The notes under the pieces: model-generated
Database searches by the model: none
Told to the model about the DNA's origin: nothing
What the model saw: the letters and a program-made list of their open reading frames with translations, nothing else
Translations under genes and position numbers: made by a program
Shown here: positions 47,433 to 53,073 of the stretch, piece after piece
Position numbering within the stretch: the stretch's first letter is position 1
Layout: each line of letters begins with the position of its first letter
DNA from: Octopus sinensis
Taxonomy: Eukaryota
DNA length: 53,073 bases
Assembly: GCF_006345805.1 (NCBI RefSeq)
Contig: NW_021833855.1
Location: 1-53,073 of the forward strand
Direction of reading: 5' to 3'

Positions 47433-49417
47433 CAGCGGGGTCCTGGCACCCCCAGGGAGTGCGAGCAAAAATTTAGGGGGTGAGAGATTTTTAAGATTTA
47501 TAGTTAATTTTTTTCAACACTTGACCGAATTCTTTTTTCGTAATAAACAAATCACTTGAAAAAATTTTTTTAAAGAGCAAATATTTTTAAAATCTGAAAT
47601 CTATTATTTTTTAGATTATACCTAATTATTTTTTAAAAAATATATTATTTTATCTATGTTTTTTATCTTAAATTATCACGTTTATCCTTTGTTGTTATTA
47701 AAAAGAGAAAGTGGAATCATGATTAAGTCCGTTTTGGATTTACATATTCTAAAATCGATGATCTTCAAAGGCCCAAATATTTTTGATATGAGGCTATATT
47801 CTTTAACCAGAATATGAAACTTCCAAACTGGAACAGCACTTTCTAAATAAACATGGTGGGATTAATAGTAGCGGGAATGATTTCCAATCTCTAAATATCA
47901 TGAGAGCTAGATATGCTTCGCAAGTGACTCTTCCTAACTTAAGATTTGTATATCTTGATAAACCGAATTTGCTTGCCTCTTAAAAAGTGACCTATAACAT
48001 CGCAAAGTCTAAAAATCCACATACAGCCGGAGAAGATTTTATTAAACCATGTGCATTGGAAATGGTCTCATTAATACTCGGAACAGAGTCGAGACAAAAG
48101 ATTGAATCAGTCCCGCTATCCAATAATATAATTCACAGTCGAATATGTGAGTTAAGCAATCCAAAATTATTACAGAAATCAAATCAAGTCATTTCCTTAT
48201 ATTTCTTCAGTTGGACGAATCAACTGATGTCTCTAATTGTAGTCAACTTATTTCACTAGTGAGGTATTTTCATGATGGTTCATTGAAAGAAGATTTATTT
48301 GTAAAGAATTAAAAATAACCACGAAAGGAATAGATGTTTCTAACATTGTTAAAAATTTTTTATGAAACATGATTTGGATATCCAGACAATAGTGTCTATT
48401 TGTACAGACAGTGCTCCAGCAATGCTGGAAAATATGTCCGGGTTTGCTGGGCTATTAAAGAATGAAATCGCGAACATAAGGATTACGCATTGTTTTCTTC
48501 ACCGCTATGTATTAGCTGTTAAAACTCTCCCCCCATTGTTGATAAAAATACTTGACACACCGTAAAAATTATTAACTGGATAAGAGGTCGTGCTATGAAC
48601 CATCGATTTTCAACGAATTTATCCAGACGCTGGATTATTTGACCGACATTTTTACTCACATGAATAATTTGAGTTTATCTCTTCAAGGTACAGACGTTAA
48701 CATACTCAAATGTCACGAAAAAATGACTGCATTCAAAAACAAATTATTTCTTTGGTATCGGCGAATAAAACATACAATCCCACGAATTTCCAAATTTTAG
48801 AAAAGGTGGTCGACAATTCAATGAATCCTATTTTTCGTAAAGAAATTATATCTCATTTAGAAGTATTGTCCACATATTGTGAGGGATATTTCAGAACGGA
48901 TCTAAATATTACAGATGAATGGATTTTGAGTACATTTTCGTATAATTCGAAAATTATGTCAGATGATCATGAACTCAATGAAGATCTGATTGATCTTCAA
49001 ACAAACAAAGCATGTAAAATAGAGTTTCACAATTGTACATTGGAGCGGTTTCGTAGTTCAGTTGTGAAAATGTACCCAAAATTATCTCAAAAGGCTTTGT
49101 ATGAAATTATTCGATTTGCAACGACATACTTATGCGAGTCAGGATTCAGCTCTCTTTTGGCAATTAAAACTAAAAACAGAAATCGCCTGAATCCTGAACA
49201 TGAAATTCGTATTGCGATTTACAAAATAGTGCCAAGATTTGACACAATCATTGAAAATAAACAAGAACAAAGAAGCCCTTTATTATTTACTTTTTTTCTT
49301 TTGTTACTGGTCAGATTGTATTTAGCACTGTATAATTTTGTTAATTTTAAATTTATTGTGGCGAGAGTTTGTAAAAAAATATTTAGGGGTGCGAGTTCTA
49401 AAAAATGGGAACTTCTG
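47433..49417 (+). mobile_element. Degenerate hAT (Buster, ZBED5/8-like) element
   Basis: IAKSKNPHTAGEDFIKPC, VPLSNN, LDESTD, CTDSAPAM, THCFLHR, FATTYLCESGFS; CAG..CTG ends with GGGGTGCGAG subterminal motifs; no matching TSD. Confidence 0.85.
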
Positions 49418-49929
49418 ACATAAGATCTGACATTTCTTGTAAAGAATATTTAAAGTTTAATGAAATCTATAATGATGCGATATTTTAAATTAATCCAATG
49501 GATGCTAAAGAAGCCACTTTGAACAATGAAATTATTATCGGTAAACCTAAAATATTTGCTTCGAAACGAAGATAGGATCTTCGAAATTGGCGGATTTAAG
49601 GGACTTACTGAATTATCTTTCAATTTAAGTATTTTATCTCAAGTGACATTATAAATTAGAATAATCTATTGTATCATGTTTCATCAATGAATTTACTAAA
49701 ACGAGAGACACTTTTAAACATTTGTAGGCTTTGTTGAGGCAATTAGAAGCTATGAAAAAACAAAATTTCAGAATAATTGCACCCGACTGCAAATAAAAAT
49801 AAAAAATACTATATCAAACCTGACACGATATTTATTAAATTAAATATATTCTCCTTTTAAATCTAAAATATTATACAATCGTAAAACATGATTTTTAAAA
49901 TGGTTAATAGATTAGAGTTATTATATTAA

Positions 49930-50693
49930 TCAATCGTTTTTTCGATATTTAGCAAATATCCCGAGACCCTAGAATTATTAAAATAAATTAAATTACTGTT
50001 AGAATACAAATCAGAACTGCTCCAATGATTAAATAAATTTTATATTTCGTTAATAAATCATCAAATCTTGCGACACATCCCTAAAATATATTCATTATTA
50101 AATTACAGTGGTATATATAATTGTGGATTTTGAATAACAACTTTGTGGAGGGAGGATAGTCCTTGGAACATAATCAGCTGCGGAGTCTGCACCACAACAT
50201 TCAAACGTTTTTTGAATAAAATCAAGGTTTTTTGAATTAAACTTGAAATTTTCGATTTCTCTCAGCAGTTCTTTCCGTATCAAACTTATCATCTATAGAT
50301 AGGACTATAATCATTAACTTGTGGTTTCTTCAAACAATAAAAAATTGTTGCAGCCAGGGTCAGAGAAAATATGCAAAATAGACAAATCGAGAACTATTTG
50401 TTACATTTATTTTTAATTCTTACAAAAATACTGCAACATTGACTATTTGTTTTACAACAATAACAAATTCCGGACAGCATTCCTATAAATGCAAATATTC
50501 CTGCAAAGAGGATTATAATTCCAGGTGTTTGTAAATAAATATTATTAAGTCCATCTATCGGAATAGTATCTTTTAATATCACTACTCCGGCATAGCTGCC
50601 CAGTCCTCCAATGACCTGTTGTTCTGATTATAAGAGATTTACCCCCAATAGGATTATATTTATAGTAATCAGTAAGCTTGTACAAAACGCCAT
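49930..50693 (-). CDS. Tetraspanin paralog 3
   Basis: Same exon structure; FECCGADS..PPQSC..GC. Confidence 0.85.
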
Positions 50694-50997
50694 TTCTTCT
50701 GCAATTTAACGCTACTTTTAATTTTTAAACATTTACACGATTGCTGCGGTTTTAAGCCACATAAATTTTCAAATAATCGTCAAATTCTGACTTTTCTTTG
50801 AATAATTTCCTAATTTATCAGCTCAAAATTTAGGTCAGAATGATAGGTGGTCAAAGTTGGTTCACTTTCTGGGTACTTTGAAATAAATATAAAGTATTTG
50901 TTTTTTTTGGTGAAAAGAATGGCCGGATATAGTTTTTTATTTTAAAATTTAATACATTTAATTATATATAAATTAAATTTTAAAAAAATTGATGTTT

Positions 50998-51625
50998 GGA
51001 GTTTGTCTGCGCCTCGGTCTCGGTCTACGCGTCTATGAAAAACACCAATGCCGGTGCGGCGTGTGGACTGACGAGTTTGGATATCACTCCCTCTCATGTC
51101 GAAATGGAATTGGACGTTCCTCACGGCATTCCGAACTGAACCAGATTATCTGTCGATCTCTTCGAACTGCTGGATTCCACACACAATTGGAACCTGCAGG
51201 GATTTTCGTAGAGGACGACAGAAGACCCGATGGGATGACCACATTTCCATTTCAGAGGGGAAAGTGTCTGGTTTGGGACGTCACGTATGTGAACTCCTTT
51301 TCCAATCAGAACATCAAATTATGCATCGAGAATCCTGGAGCCCCGTCTGAACTGGCAGAGAAGAGAAAAGCTGAGAAATACGCTGGAATTGGGAATGGGA
51401 GATTGTTTGTCCCCTTGGCTGTTGAGACGTCAGGAATACAGGGGCCTTCTACTCAAACCCTACTCCAGCGCATTGCCTCATTAATCGAAAGGGTTACCGG
51501 CGACCCGTGTGAGCACCGGTATTTAATCGAAAGAATATCTATAGCCATAGTCAGAGGCAATACTCTGGCTATCTGCCAATGACGATTTCTCTTTTGATTT
51601 GAAATAAATAAAATTATAAAAAAAT
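50998..51625 (+). mobile_element. 5'-truncated CRE-like copy (CCHC and RLE)
   Basis: LRLG..CRCG..HSLSC..RHSELN..RRPDG..WDVT..FVPLAVETSG..AIVRGN*. Confidence 0.88.
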
Positions 51626-51691
51626 AATAATAATATACAATCGTAGAACATGACTTCTAAAATGGTTAATAGATTAGTTAAAGTTATTATA

Positions 51692-52457
51692 TTAATCATT
51701 ATATCTGCGATACATAGAAAATATCCCGAGACCCTAGGATTATTAAAATAAAATTGATTACTGTTAGAATACAAATCAGAACTGCTCCAATGATTAAATA
51801 AATTTTATATTTCGTCAATAATTCATCAAGTCTTGCGACACATCCCTAAAAATATATTCATTATTAAATTACAGTGGTATATATAATTGTGGATTTTGTA
51901 AAACAACTTGGTGGAGGGAGAATAATCCATGGAATATAATCAGCTGCGGAGTCTGCACCACAACATTCAAACGTTTTTTGAATAAAATTAAGGTTTTTTG
52001 AATTAGAATTGAAATTTCTGATTTCTCTCAGCAGTTCTTTGCGTATCAAACTTATCATCTATAGATAGGACTATAATCATTAACTTGTGGTTTTTTCAAA
52101 CAATAAAAAACTGTAGCAGCCAAGGTCAGAGAAATATGCAAAATAACATATCGAGAACTAGTTGTTATATTTATTTTCAATTCTTACTAAAATACTGTAG
52201 TATCGATCATTGTTTTTAAAATAATAAAAAATTCCGGACAGCATTCCTATAAGTGCAAATATTCCTGCAAAGAGAATTATAATTCCAGGTGTTTTTAAAT
52301 AACTATTATTTAGCATGTGTTTCTGAATAGTATCTTTTAATATCACTACTCCCGCATAGCTTCCCAATACTCCAATGACCTGTTTTTATAATTATTAGAA
52401 ATCTACCCCCAATAGGACTATATTTGCTATGATCAGATAGTTAGTAAAAACCGCCAT
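51692..52457 (-). CDS. Tetraspanin paralog 4
   Basis: Same exon structure; FECCGADS..PPPSC..GC; one A-run near 52132 is a base shorter than in the paralogs (possible assembly error). Confidence 0.8.
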
Positions 52458-53073
52458 TTTTTCAGCAATTTAACGCTACATTTAATTTTTAAACATTTAA
52501 ACAATTGCTGAAGTTTCAAGCTACATAAAACCTCAAATAATTGTTTGAAACTGACTTTTCTTTGAATAATTTTTTGAATTTATTAGCTCAAAATTTAGGT
52601 CGGGATGATAGGTGGTCAAAGTTTGTTCACTTTCTTGGGTACTTTGAAATAAATAGAAAGTATTTGTTTTTTTAAGGTGAAAAGAATGGCCGGATATAGT
52701 TTTTATTTTAAAATTTAATTATATTTAAATTAAAATTTTAAATAAATTGATGTTTAGTTGTTGGTCGTTGATTTGTCGCCGACTATACAGTAATTCTCGA
52801 ATAAAGTAAAATATTTTTAATATATTTTGTTTAAATTCCTCATATTTCTTATCGAAAAATAAAGAAATGATTTTATCATGTCACCCAGAAGCCACATTCC
52901 CCTACGAACAGTCAGAGGTATTCTCTCTAAATGACCCACATTAGCCTTTACCAGAAAATTTCGAGGATCTTAAGCTTGTTGTTATATAAATCTCATCAAT
53001 TAGAACGAAAATGATTTAAAAGTACAAATTCATCCAAAATCACTTCTTCGGCAAACATCAAAGCCAATTTTGG

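Noticed and set aside
1-53073. Alternative genetic code explaining the short ORFs
   Set aside because: Removing micro-introns yields intact proteins in the standard code, with TAA or TGA at the expected C-termini.

Overview
Eukaryotic, very AT-rich genomic DNA read in the standard code, with spliceosomal micro-introns of mostly 25-35 nt. The ORF track therefore fragments the real genes. The first ~7 kb is a compact gene island: an unidentified spliced gene, a TFIIA large-subunit gene that appears to encode only the alpha half, GPATCH11, adenylate kinase 8, and IFT20, with AK8 and IFT20 head-to-head and each preceded by an X-box-like motif. The remaining ~46 kb is mostly nested transposons: a truncated Helitron with an internal satellite, pogo/Tigger, several hAT and two Merlin elements, an integrase remnant, R4/Dong-like LINE fragments, and many CRE-like (PHD-RT-CCHC-RLE) retrotransposon copies. 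It also holds one tRNA-Val(AAC) and four diverging tetraspanin paralogs. The main observations are: (1) CRE-like insertions repeatedly show twin-priming-type 5' inversions, two with clear TSDs; (2) Merlin and hAT transposases are interrupted by host-style micro-introns; (3) TFIIA appears to be alpha-only; (4) the tetraspanins vary mostly in their extracellular loops. Ciliary genes plus micro-introns suggest a reduced ciliated animal such as a dicyemid or orthonectid, but this is inference only. Several frameshifts fall in homopolymers and may be assembly errors. All family calls come from motif recognition by eye, not database searches.
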